From: Coniocarpon cinnabarinum
Lineage: Eukaryota
Direction of reading: 5' to 3'
Length of the DNA: 64,000 nt
NCBI GenBank assembly: GCA_051942205.1
Contig: JAVECO010000006.1
Location: 1 to 64,000, forward strand
Shown: positions 11,609 to 23,942 of the stretch, in pieces
Numbering within the stretch: the stretch's first letter is position 1
Layout: each line of letters opens with the position of its first letter
Notes under the pieces: generated by a model
Database searches by the model: none
What the model saw: only the letters and a program-made list of their open reading frames with translations
What the model was told of the DNA's origin: nothing
Program-made: the position numbers and the translations under genes

Positions 11609-13978
11609 AATCGCCTCTGGACCAATTTGTTGCGCTTTCGATGCCTCTAAATGTCCATCGCTTGGGAGACACGAAATGTGAGCGTTGTTGTGATTGCCAA
11701 AGCCTTTTCAACCCAAATGCTCTGAGCGCAACTTTTGTTCAGAAATGGCCGCTGTCATCCCCCGTGTGTCATACTGGCAGTGACGGCACAGGTAGCATAG
11801 AGACGCAAGTGGACGTGAAAGGTGTGCTGCAGGACGCGGTTGCTGAGATTAAAAACAATCAGGCAATCCTCTTAGCTCAATTACGCATGAAAGTGCCTGA
11901 CAGCGGCAGAACACGTGCACGTGTGACTTGTTCGTGCAGGATTGGGACGGTGAACTGCTCGAGGTAGCAAAGGTGCTCCAGGGAATGACAAGAGAGAAAA
12001 AAAGGAACGATTGACAGAGTAGCTGTGAGTGACATGACCCTCCTTTCAGGAGAGCTTTTTTTGTGGAGAAAGTCTTCTACGTGCGGCGCACCACTGTGTG
12101 TACCTGCGCTGACGACTCTATTCTGGCTGGATGGCACCAACAGGCAGGACCGCGTCTGTGGAGATCTCGGCGTGTGTTATGAGGGCCCTTTACGGTGGTA
12201 GCCATGTGTGTGGCTGGAGAGCTTCCGCCTAGTTCCACCAATAGCGACGTCGACGAGGTCACAGCAGGCTCACGAAATTGGTTTTTGCCTACATGGTCCG
12301 TGTCGAGGCAAAGTGTGATTGAAGGTCGTATTGTTGTCGAGGATTGGCGTCGCCTCGAGTGAATGGACAAGACTTGCCGCAGCAAGGCTGGGACACGAGC
12401 GAATGATAACGCTCAGACCACGCCGCATGGACGCGCAACGGACCAGACGCAATTTGAGTTTTTGCATTGCCGCCGCTGCGCCGGCCCGAAGAGTGCGGCT
12501 AGAACATACAAGGTTAAAGACTGCCCCTGGGAAGGTCGAGGCATGCAGGTGGAGGATTGCGCCAGAGTATGCCTTGGTCATGCCGTGGCAAGAGCTGTGC
12601 GTGATTCTGCACGCACTGAGAGTGAAGGCCCCCTACAGTCGGTGCTGACTCCTCAGCTCGCACCTGCATGATATTTTCAGCCCCGACGGCAACTCGCAAG
12701 CACCGGCCCAGGTAGTAATACAAACTCAATCGTATGGTAGGTACGTCCTCGCGCTGTTTGGCGACGATCGTCCGTGTCGTCATGCACGAGAGGCTTGCCA
12801 TGAGCTACCTCACCTTAGGCTGTCACACAAGGTGCCCTCCTTCACGCATGACGCGGAGTGCCGGCTTCTTCGAACTTTGCCTGAACCGGGCTTTGTCCTC
12901 TTTGATGACTTCTACGGGGAGGTGACATGCGGGAGGGGCCACAAGAAAGGGCGATAGTGGCAATGAAACCTCCGCAGCCCCACCCGCTGCATCGCAAACG
13001 TGTATCGGAGACGTAGTAATCGCAGCAGCCGTTTTTGACAGGTTCCGAGAGAAATGTTGCAATCATCAAGTGTTTGTCCAGGACCTCCGTCGCGTTAGGC
13101 ACGCAACACTACGGAGACGTGGATAACCACGCCAGTAGTTGAGCGTCGGGCTCATGAAGCGCCCAATCTCGAATGACTGTGGACAATCCTGGGGTGACAA
13201 TCCAACGTGCCAGCTGGATAGTAATTGAATTGAGATTTCAATTTTTTCCCAACAATGAAACGTTCGGCTTCTGTCGAAGACTGCCGAGCGAGCCGCCTTG
13301 CCGCCACCTCACATCCGGACTTATACCCCGAACAGGCGTAGCGTCTCCCGTTCCTTCCGACATCGGTGTCTGATGCGTGCAGTGGTGAAACGAGACTTGC
13401 GACCTCACGTGTCGAGCAAGTGCAGCGTTCACGCAGCAGATGTGACAGAGCAAGACGGTAGTCATGCTGGTCGCGTCTGACTTTCCTACATTCGCAACAT
13501 CTGTATGGCACTGGGCCACGAGGCCGGCCGAATGACTGAAAAATTTGCCAGGCGATTGATCCAGCCAAACACGTTGACACGGGCTTGCGCAACAAGATCC
13601 GGAGGACACTGAGGGCCACTGTTCAGCAGCTCGGAGAATTGCACGCGCTAGTGTCTGCGTGTGTCCTGGGCGCAGTTATGCTCTGTGTGTTCGTTTGTGA
13701 AGAGTCATGAGAGTTTGACCATCCGGTTTGACTTGGCTCGTCAAGTTTTTCGTTGTCCAGTGGTTAGTCCAGTAGGTAGCAATGCGGGACTCAATGAACT
13801 GCATATGCCGGGCAGCGATAAGCTGCGGGTATTGTGCAATCCCTCAGACTTCTCATATTTTGAGTTGATGCGGCATGGCTGTAACACCGAAAATCAAGCA
13901 TTCATGGCATCACGCCATCGGCCACACCATCGGCCACGCCGGAGCAGACTAGGCTTCACCAGCCCATTTACAGATGTG

Positions 13979-14871
13979 CTACCCACCAAAGGCAAAGCCT
14001 CCCTCATCAGTATCGTCAACGATGTCCCACGCTGTTCTAACGCCCTCGATCTCTGTCCCTTGGTCGTGCCCCTGCCGTGCATTGATTTCTACTCTTTGGC
14101 CTCCTTCCAGCGGTCCCACTCCTTTTGGTGTTCCCGTCAAGACGATGTCGCCTTCCTCCAGCGTCATCACCTTGGAAATCTCGCTGAGGATACGAGGTAT
14201 TCTGAATAGCATTAGGCCAACCGAGTCACTTTGACGCACTGATGTGGTTGGACGAGGTCCAGAAGGACTTGACGGTGTCGTGACAGTCAAGCTGAGGTGA
14301 AGCGAGTATGGATCTGGATAGCAAGAGGGCTGGAAGGGGGCAGTGATTGGACAAAATGTATCAAAGCCTTTGGCGGTGGTCCACGGCAGCCCCTTTTTCT
14401 TAGCACCTTCCTGTACATTCCTTGCGGTCAGATCAATGGCTAAAATATACGCAGCGATCGAGCTTTGCAAGATCTCAGATTCTGGTGTTTTTGGATCTAG
14501 GTTCTTGATCTTTCGTCCAATGACGAGGCCGAGCTCGACTTCATGGTGCAAGCTCACCCCTCTCGGACGCACGATCGGGCCATCGGTGGGCAACAGTAAG
14601 GACGTCGACGGTTTGAGGAAGAAAAAGGGAGAAATCGGAGTAGGATTATTCAATTCTTTGACGTGATCACTGGTGAGCTCGGTCAGGTGAAGACATGCGC
14701 GAGTTGTGAAGCTCGGTGAGGCGGGCGACGCACTCACGCGTAGTTGCGACCTATGCAAATGACTTTGCGGCAACTGGCTTTGATCGTCGCAGCCAGAGAT
14801 GCATCTACCGTCGAGCTGATTTTCTGTGAGAGAGTTCCTGCAATGCTAAGCATTGGCCTTGCGGAACGCAT
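13979..14871 (-). CDS. fumarylacetoacetate hydrolase-family protein (FAHD1/Fmp41-like)
   Basis: ATG 14871; KVICIGRNYA|DHVKEL via intron 14670-14737; FFLKP, HHEVEL, WTTAKGFDTFCP, GDIVLTGTPKGVG motifs. Confidence 0.92.
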
Positions 14872-15322
14872 GGTGTTGTCGATAGGTCGTCGACAAGACG
14901 CAGATATCGTGAAACCTCAAAGCAAGATCTTCCATTGCTGTTTATTTCTTCAATGCAGGACTCCACTGATTGCATGAACAAGACGCACGTGCGGAGTCGG
15001 TATCAAATATCGTGACACTAACAGCTGCTACTTAGCTTGCAATCTCAAATGACAGACTTGCGATATACGATAGCTGGGAAACACCCAAAGTTCATGTGAA
15101 AACATCTTGCTTTTCCTGAAGCCAGTCCCAGGGTTGTCTGTTGCATATCGCACATAAATTACAAGAATGTCCGTGTGCCTCATTCTCTGCTTTATGTCAC
15201 AATACTGCATCAATCATCCTGCCCGCAAATAGTCTTCTCCATCAGCGTAGATCACGGACTTGTTCGTCACACACTCTTCGTAGTCAGCTTTGCTCAATTC
15301 CTTGAATCGGCCGTATTGCGCG

Positions 15323-17516
15323 TCAGGCTTTCTTCTTTCTTGATACACAAGAAGCCGGCATGTCATCAAAATCAAGGCCGGTAGCTCCTCGCTTCCTTTC
15401 ATTTGCCAAGCCAAGATTCGTTTCCCTCACTTTGGGATTTGTTGCGCGTGCGTCCACAGTCCTTTCCTCCGTGCTCGAAGACTTGGTCAATTTCAGTGAT
15501 GCCCTAGAGGATCGCGGTCTTCGCGGCTCTGGGTCCTGGTGCAAGATGGCCTCTGAGATGGGAGACCCAGCTGTGTTTCTCGTGCGCCGTGAAGAGCGCT
15601 GCCCAGACGATGCCGAGGGTCTCGCATTGTTTCGAGACGGCAGTCGCGGAGGTTGAGTCGCTACTTGATGTTCTGCTTGCGTAGGAAGTGTAGAGTCTGA
15701 GATTCTCAGAGCAGAGTCCGGAACCACAGAGCTGCAGTGTGACTTGATGTGCACAGCTTTTTTAGTATCAGCTGTACCAATGAAATCTGTGTCGATGCGA
15801 GAGAGGCGCGCATCGACCTGTCTTCTCTGTTGATGGCCATCTATTGCAGTGACGGGTCGTCTTGGAGGCGAGAAACACCGTTTAGTCCTCATAATTGTTG
15901 AGCCTCCTATGCCAACCTGAGATTCGTTTCGAAAATCATACTTGCACATTCTTGGCTCCGCAGGAGCAGTGACCTGAATTCCAGAATCAACACGGGTAGC
16001 TCGATTCATGGGGGACGGTGAACTCCGAGCAAGCGTCTTCATTGGAGGTGATATAGTTTTGGAGGATGTGCTAGAATACTCGGTACCCGGTTTCCTCAAT
16101 TGAACTTCTTCAGCGTGCTGCAATTTGCACTGCATGTCAGCACCGGGAGGCATTGTACTGCCTCCTCTAATTCTGGCTGGCTTGGTCGTTTTGCGACAGC
16201 TCACATGGCGCTTCTTACTAGGCTCTTTCGCGATACCAGGTGTGGGAGGCTCTGACGGCGTACTGGACCGTGAAAACATCCGGTGCTGCAAGAATCCTTG
16301 TGTAATGATGGCATCTGGACGCCATTCATCAGTCTGCTGACCGTCCTCAAGCACAGCAGGGTTTTCGGCTACAGGTGCATTTATCTTCCCTACCGCTTTT
16401 TGTGCATTTGGAGCACTGCTTCTTTTGTCCATATGGCGGGCAAAGAGGCTTGGAAGAAGAGCTCTTTTCGATTCACCAGGGAGCTTGAAGGCGCAACGTG
16501 ACGTTCTATTCAGGGAAGATATAGGCATGTCATGTGAATGAGCCGAGGAAGAAACGATGTCTTGACGCGCAACAACATTAGACCCGACGGATTTGCGTTG
16601 AGGACGAGTCGGTGCTGAGGGTGCCTCACACATATTCTGAACAGGCCTGTCCGACAATGTTGGGGATGCGGCGTCGCCCTCGGCGTGAATATTAGCAATC
16701 GTGTATTCCGTAGCATCCGCACTGCCCTGCTTGACGAGACTGCCGCAAGGGAGTGGCAGACGTCGCGGGACTTTTTCCAACAGCGAAGCCTGGATCTTTG
16801 AAGTACCAGCTGAGACTTCCTTTGGTAGACTCAGTTCTACTTGTTGGAAACTGTCGTGTTGTGTATGGGCTCGCTTTTTCAGGGGATCGGCTTGTTGAGG
16901 CAAAATGCCTTCTATCTGATTTCCCTCGCGGTCCATATCTAGCTTCACAGTGGATGCGTCTTGCTTCAGCCCATCGTGATCCTGTAGTTGAACGGGGCGA
17001 AAGGTGTCTTCGAGCTTACTAAGGCGATGTGCGAGATCTCGAATGCGTCCATAGCTTTGCTCAGGTATTTCATCGATTTTGTAGCGATGTTGTGCACGAA
17101 CCAGATGTTCTAATTGCTTCTCCAGTTGCTCAAGTTTGCTTACAGAAGCAGTCAACAGCCTCTGTGAGGCTTCATACTTGTTCGAAAGCTGAGCGAAAGA
17201 TACCTCGGTAGCCTTTGAACGGTCCTTAGATCGTGACTGCTCGCACGCTGTTTGCATCATCTCAAGTCTTTTCATTCCATCATCTAATTTCGCTCGATCT
17301 ACATTTGCGTTGGCGGAGACTTCGTCAAGACGATGCTGGATCTTGGACAAATGAAATATCAGGGAGGGAGCGCGCTTGTTTTTTCGTGTATCGTCTTGTA
17401 ATAATGCAACATTGTTAAGTGGATTCTCGGTCATGCTGGAGGAACTCCCGTTAGCCTCGACACGTACAATTTCGGCGACGAAGGTACTTTTCGCGCAGCT
17501 GGGTTAGATCAGTCAT
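15323..17516 (-). CDS. hypothetical protein, N-terminal coiled-coil-like region and long Ser/Pro/Arg-rich disordered tail
   Basis: 703-codon open frame (15323-17434); a short upstream exon MTDLTQLREKYLRRRN (ATG 17516) can be spliced in frame via a GTACGT...AAG intron, so the start is uncertain. Confidence 0.7.
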
Positions 17517-18294
17517 TCCGGGCCAATACCTGCGTCAGCACGAGACCGTTGCGTAGCAAGCTGGACACAGCAAAGGACTGACAAGCCCAAGCTGCTTTTC
17601 TGTGCTTCTCACCCCCACGGGTTGCTTCACTGTTTTGTTCCAAGACTTCGAACTGTTCCTTGTCGAGACTATACCAAGACGCTGGGCAAGAAGCAAGCTC
17701 GAAACAAGCAGGGATTAGGAACACGAGTAAAGAATCGAGAGGAACATGAGAAGTTCTTGGCGTGAATATCGGTGAAGTGAATGACGCAGACAGCCCTGGT
17801 AAATACAGGGGTCGCTCTCACCGCCAGAATCAGGAAGTCAGTGGTCTCGACGCGAATTTGAAAATAACTATGAGTACCCACAAAACCACAGGAAACATCA
17901 CTATGAACGCCGGTGTTTTGAAGTCGCAGCCTTAGCAACAGCAGCTGTGACGACAGCCACTGCGCCACGTCAACTTCATCTCTGTACCCAACAGCGTGCA
18001 CTCATCCACCCGTTTCAACATCTCGGTATGCATCGGGACAAGGACACCTTCGAAAAGCGCAGGGCACTACCCTTGGACATATTCCAGTCCAAGAGACGTG
18101 CAGGAAGGGAATGAACAATCATCGTTGTGTACAACAGACACGGGGTATGATGAAATCACTTTTTGGGTTACTGTCTTCGCAACGACTGTTGAGACTTGCA
18201 TCACTGGGCTGCCGCCCGGGCTGCATTTCCGCAAAATCGTCTTTCAGGTATCCAGTTTGGAAGCGGTTGAGGAGATCAAGAGCTGGCTTCACCT

Positions 18295-19751
18295 CTAGAT
18301 CAGATCTAAAAGATTGTTAGCCAAGTCTTGCGTGTGATTACGTCTCTCAGAACATACCAGCAACGTTCATTGGCATCTCGTCGATCTGAGTGCTGTAGAA
18401 CTGCTCAATCTCACGCATCATGCGTACATCGTCAGCGGTGACAAAGTTGATGGCCACACCTTTTCGGCCAAACCGACCGCCACGGCCGATGCGGTGAATG
18501 TAGTTCTCACGATTCGCCGGAAGGTCGTAGTTGATGACGAGTGAAACTTGCTGAACATCAATCCCTCGAGCAAGCAGATCTGTAGCAATCAGAACACGTG
18601 AAGAACCTGAGCGGAATTCTTTCATGATGACATCACGCTGCCCTTGCTCCATGTCGCCATGCATAGCGGACACGGTAAAGTCACGGCTGGTGAGCTTGTC
18701 GGTCAACCAGTCGACCTTTCTTCGAGTGTTGCAGAAAATGACCGCTTGAGTGATGGTGACGGTCTCGTACAGATCGCAAAGGGTGTCCAACTTCCAGTCC
18801 TCCTTCTCGACAGCGATGTAGAATTGTTTGATACCTTCAAGGGTGAGCTCCTGCTTCTTGACGAGGATACGGACAGGATCCCGCATAAACTTGGTAGTGA
18901 CCTCGAGCACATCCTGGGGCATCGTGGCTGATAGGAGGACAACTTGCGTGGACTGTGGCAGTAGCTGGAAGATGTCGTAAATCTGTTCGGTGAACCCGCG
19001 TGACAACATTTCGTCGGCTTCATCAAGGATGAACATCTTGATGCTGTCGGTGCGCAACATGCGGCGCTGAATCATATCCTGAACGCGACCTGGAGTACCA
19101 ACGACAACTTGTGGCCCATCCTGCAGGGCCTTCATGTCCTCTCGCACGCTGGTCCCGCCAATGCAGGCATGGCACTCAACGTTCATGAAGTCACCAATGG
19201 CGACAACTACCTTCTGGATTTGCTGGGCCAGCTCACGAGTGGGGGCAAGAATCAGCGCCTGGCAGGCTTTCTGGGTTGCATCGAGCTTTTGCAAACAAGA
19301 GATGGAGAAAGTGGCAGTCTTGCCGGTGCCAGATTGTGCCTGAGCGATAACGTCACGACCTGGAGTGATGTTAAGCGTGGCGCGCGAAGCAAACTTTTAG
19401 ATATTTTCAGGACGTACCTTGAATCACTGGCATGATGGCACGTTGCTGAATGGCCGACGGACGCTCAAACCCGTATGCGTAGACACCTGACCTGCATTAG
19501 AAGGTCTCCCGCGCAGCGGACGCAGTGTAATGTCATACCTCGAAGCAGCTCAGATTTGAGCGACATTGCATCAAAGGAGTCGGTGGTCTCATCGTAGTTG
19601 GACTCGATCTGGCCTGGAAGGCGTTTCGATCAGCCTGTGTCTTCCCACACATGCCACATGAAAAGCTAAGAGGCCATTTCCAGGCGAGCGACGGCCCTGA
19701 CAAAGCGCACGTACCCTCTTGAAGGTCCTCGAGTCCTTTGGAGTCAGCCAT
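18295..19751 (-). CDS. TIF1: translation initiation factor eIF4A (DEAD-box helicase)
   Basis: [12 protein letters not shown] start; [29 protein letters not shown] motifs; terminal short exon gives ...MNVADLI* (stop 18295-18297). Confidence 0.97.
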
Positions 19752-20193
19752 GGTTGCGGTTGGTGTGTCTCGACGGATCACAGACACAGCCGGTCGTGAT
19801 CCGATTCACAGTGTGCGCTTTTTCGTTGGGGTAGGCGGGCAGTGCTCGTAAGCACACTACCAGCTCTAATGTGTTTGCGTCTATTTGAGAGGGGCCCTTC
19901 GAATCTCTGAGCGAGATCAGGGAAATGTGGTTGATGGTTTTGTGGTGAGTTGTGTGAGGGGGGAAAGTGGGCAGTATTTGCCTTTCAAAAAAGACTTCTT
20001 AGGCTGGTTTGTAATTTTTCTGAGCGTGGCGCATGAGAAATTCGTGGCGGTGCGTCATCATCACCGCACGACTTTTGCCTCCCTCGCTCCCACGGCTCCT
20101 GCTTCCCACGCACGTCACGTCACCGGCACTCGACTGCTTAGAAGCCTACCTTACCCAGTGCTCAGATGCTGCTGGCGACAGGTTGATGTCGTC

Positions 20194-21858
20194 ATGACTC
20201 ACTCGCGGTCGACGACCTTGTTGCGCACTTGCGCAGCGGAAAAACGTCCTGCATCCACGACTGAGAGACCTCCGAAGAGAAGACGCCTTGGAGGACTTCC
20301 AGAGGCCATAGAGTCCACCGCATCAAGCACTTTGCCAGCTCATCCACTGGGGATCAGGCCATTAGGCAACCTGGTCTCTGCTACGCAAAATGACCTCAAG
20401 ACTCACGCAGGCTCATTTGCACGGCTACCAGACGAGCTGCTTACTCATATCCTCGAGCAGCTTGAGTCATGGCACTTGCTTCGTGTCGGGGCCACCTGCA
20501 AATCACTTTACGCTTTTGCCCGATTCGATGAACTCTGGAAGAGGCTATTGGTGGAGTCGCCTCCAGCATCGCTGCGCAAGAATCGGCCACCAGACTGGCT
20601 TGGCTCCTGGCGCGCAACGTATTTGAAGCTGCCACCGGAGAAGCAAGCAACAATAGATTGCACCGGCTTGTTTTCCGATACGCTTCACCGTCCATTTCAT
20701 TGTGCGCATCTGCCCCTTGAGCCTTACATCAACCCCTACAGGTTTCGTTGTCACATCCCCAAGATATCAGATCTTTCGCCCGAAAGATTCAATGCCGAAT
20801 GGGTGAATAAGCCGTTCATACTGACAAAGCCTGTGAAATCCTGGAGGATATTTCAGACTTGGGACTTGGAGCTGCTGACCTCGAGACATGGCCTGGAAGT
20901 ATTTCGATGTGAAGCCGTGGATTGGCCAATGAACACATACGTCCAGTACATGCAAGGGAATGGTGACGAGTCACCTCTATATTTATTTGACTCGAGATTC
21001 GCAGAGAAGATGGGACTCGAAATAGACGACGGCATGAGAGGTCGAGTAGACTCGGCTGCAGACTCCCAAGTAGACTATACTCCTCCAATTGCCTTCTCTC
21101 CTGACCTGTTCACGGTGCTAGGAAAAGAACGTCCCTCACACCGTTGGCTCATAATGGGTCCACCTCGATCGGGCTCTTCGTTTCACACAGATCCAAACGG
21201 AACTTCTGCATGGAATGCCGTCCTCAAGGGCCGTAAGTATTGGATCATGTCGCCAGACCCGCCCCCGGGCGTCTACGTCAATGAAGACGAATCAGAAGTC
21301 ACCAGTCCTTCAAGTATTGCAGAGTGGCTGATGAACTTTCACGAGGAAGCGCGCCAAAAGCCTGGAGTCTGTGAAGGTATCTGCGAAGAGGGTGAAGTGC
21401 TGCATGTCCCCGGTGGATGGTACCATCTCGTGCTCAACATTCCATCCCAAGACACTGACAACTCGGAGTATAACATTGCTGTTACACAGAACTTCGTGCC
21501 CGAGCCACGACTGCCCACGGTGTTGAAGTTTCTGCGCGACAAACCTGATCAAATAAGTGGCTTTCGGTTCAGCGACGACAACCAGATGGAGCGAGCAGCA
21601 GACACTGAGAACATTGGTAGATTCAGCGCATACGAGCTTTTTGTAAAGCGTTTGCAGGAGTGCTACCCTACACTCGTAACAAAGGCTCTTAGTATACTCG
21701 ATACCACCCCGACTGCACAACCAAGTGCACGGAAGGGATTGTGGGAACAAGTGACTGAAGGTAAAAAAGACCATGGAGGTAATTTCTCTTTCGGCTTCGA
21801 GTTGAATGATGATAGTAACGATGATGAAAGAGGTGATCGTTGGATAAATGATTCATAG
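20194..21858 (+). CDS. F-box and JmjC domain protein (JMJD6-like 2OG/Fe oxygenase)
   Basis: F-box LPDELLTHILEQL; JmjC DESPLYLFD, RWLIMGPPRSGSSFHTDPNGTSAWN (HxD), VPGGWYHLVLN (distal His), AVTQNF; first ATG in frame at 20194. Confidence 0.9.
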   Translation: MTHSRSTTLLRTCAAEKRPASTTERPPKRRRLGGLPEAIESTASSTLPAHPLGIRPLGNLVSATQNDLKTHAGSFARLPDELLTHILEQLESWHLLRVGATCKSLYAFARFDELWKRLLVESPPASLRKNRPPDWLGSWRATYLKLPPEKQATIDCTGLFSDTLHRPFHCAHLPLEPYINPYRFRCHIPKISDLSPERFNAEWVNKPFILTKPVKSWRIFQTWDLELLTSRHGLEVFRCEAVDWPMNTYVQYMQGNGDESPLYLFDSRFAEKMGLEIDDGMRGRVDSAADSQVDYTPPIAFSPDLFTVLGKERPSHRWLIMGPPRSGSSFHTDPNGTSAWNAVLKGRKYWIMSPDPPPGVYVNEDESEVTSPSSIAEWLMNFHEEARQKPGVCEGICEEGEVLHVPGGWYHLVLNIPSQDTDNSEYNIAVTQNFVPEPRLPTVLKFLRDKPDQISGFRFSDDNQMERAADTENIGRFSAYELFVKRLQECYPTLVTKALSILDTTPTAQPSARKGLWEQVTEGKKDHGGNFSFGFELNDDSNDDERGDRWINDS

Positions 21859-21957
21859 CCATCAAGGACTTTTTACATCTGTTTGTATGTCTATATTGTC
21901 TATTCCTATCATCAACCAGTCATGCGAGCCGCTATGCACATACAACAAAGGCATACC

Positions 21958-23206
21958 TCACTTCAGTTCTCTTCCACGTTCATCGTCGGCTGGGGTGCTC
22001 GGTTCACTCGTATCGCTCACTGCAAAGATATCTCTGTCAGAGGCGTCATCATCCAAATCTCTGTACTCGCCATCTTCCTGCAAGCTTATTTCATCGCCAC
22101 CCGCCATTCCTCTTCGCAGGGCACTTTCAGCTTGAGCTTCAGGGTCATCAGCATATCCACTCACACCATCCGAAGACCGACGTCCTGTGAGACTACGTCT
22201 TCTCGAGCTCGCGCTGTGCTCTTCTTGCTTTTCCAGCTCTTCCGCGCGCTGCTTCGTTTGCTTGTAGATGACCCAGCCGGTGACCACACCAATGACAGCT
22301 CCAATGGCGATACCAAAGTAGTTCCATGCTCTGTCGCCAGCACTCATGGTGCCATTTTCATCTGCAATCTTTGCTATTCTACTTCCAATGAAGATATGTA
22401 TGAACAACTTGGGCGCGGCAACAGCAGTCGCCAGCATAAATTTGAACCAGTGGACAGTGGGAATGGTGGCAATCGCGCCATTAGAAAACGAGTACGGAAG
22501 GGGGCATAGCCGGACCATACACAATAGCTTGAAGCCATCGTGCTTCAGGACTAGTGAGAGCGCCGCAAACCGATTGTCGTTCTGCACAAGGCGATGCACG
22601 TATCCCGACAACACGGCTCGAGATGCCATGAAAGAAGCTGTCGATCCCACGATCGTTGCACTGGCTGCAATGAACCACCTGCAGCACGCCAATCAGCCTC
22701 TTTCCAGGCAGGTTGTGGTATACTCTTCTCAATGAGACAACTTACCCGTTCGGCAGCCCGTAGACGAAGCCAGCCAGTGTCATACATGTCGAGTATCCGA
22801 TCATAGGCGGAAAGCTCACGAAGAATGTCGCAAGCCACAGCACCAACCAGCCGCCCCGAACATCTTTCCATCTCTTCGCGGCCGGACTCAGCGATGCAAA
22901 GATGCGTTCATTGTAGACAAGAAACAAAATGCCGAAGACGAACGCTGACACTGCGACCAGCGCCACGAGCAAGCGATACGGGGGAGAGAGTCGCATGTAA
23001 CGTGATAGAATAGGTCGGCCAACTGACTCGGACTTGTACATGAGGCGGCCATACCAGTTCGGCGGATAGTCGTGAGGGCGTCGACCGTTCATGAAGGAGC
23101 CGGATTGACGCGGTCGTCGCCAGATAGGTGATTGAGAGCGCGAGGGAGATTCATCGTCCACGGGAAGAGCCAGCGCGCGCGCTGTGGATTGATAATCGGC
23201 GGGCAT
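21958..23206 (-). CDS. TVP38: Golgi membrane protein Tvp38 (DedA/SNARE-associated family)
   Basis: MPADY start; FVSFPPMIGYS, GFVYG; intron 22679-22745; RLCPLPYSFSNGA motif. Confidence 0.9.
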
Positions 23207-23942
23207 CGCGGAGAGCGATCGGAGGAGGCCAAGCAACGCCGCAGAGCAGTAGCACGGCGAGCACGCGATGGAAAGTTTTCACTGGCTCATGTCAGTCGGT
23301 GACTAGGATTTCCGAGCGGAGAGTGTATCAAGCAAGAAGACATAAAAACAAGTGCAGAGAAGGCAGATGTTCGCAGAGAGCGCGAGCGAGCCGTGTCAAG
23401 CACGACGCTGGAGGGCTGTGTCTGCAAGGATGCCTGGGCCTGATGACTTGGTGCCTGGTTCGACAGGCACGCGTCTCGTCAGCCGCAATCACATGTCACA
23501 TACAAATGCCCCCCCAAGGCTGAGGGCAGGGTGATCAATCTGTCGTATGTAGCACCCTAGCACTGGGCCTCGCACATGGAACTGTAGGTAACAGGAACAG
23601 CAAGCAAATGCTGGTCAGCTTTGGAAGTGTTGTGTGGTGGTTCCTCTCACGTCTAGTGAGTTCGCTGGCATTACGCCCGATTTGCTGTACAAAAGGCCCC
23701 TCGGGGCTGCTCATGAACCTGAGGCGCCGCCAATGCAATTCGCCTGCTGTCGCCTTGCCTCCACGTCTGCAGCAATTACCATCTCGTCTCTCCCCATCAT
23801 GGGTCTCCTCTCCACAGGACCTCCATATCGTCGTCCCGCATCATACATCTATTACATATGAAGGAAATTTGGGGAAGCACATGACCAAGCACGAGGCAGG
23901 CATATTAAGTAGAAAAAGCACTTACCGTCAGCTTCATTACTG

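Noticed and set aside
19885..20193. N-terminal extension of the JmjC ORF in the track
   Set aside because: Begins at TTG and overlaps the divergent promoter; first ATG is 20194.
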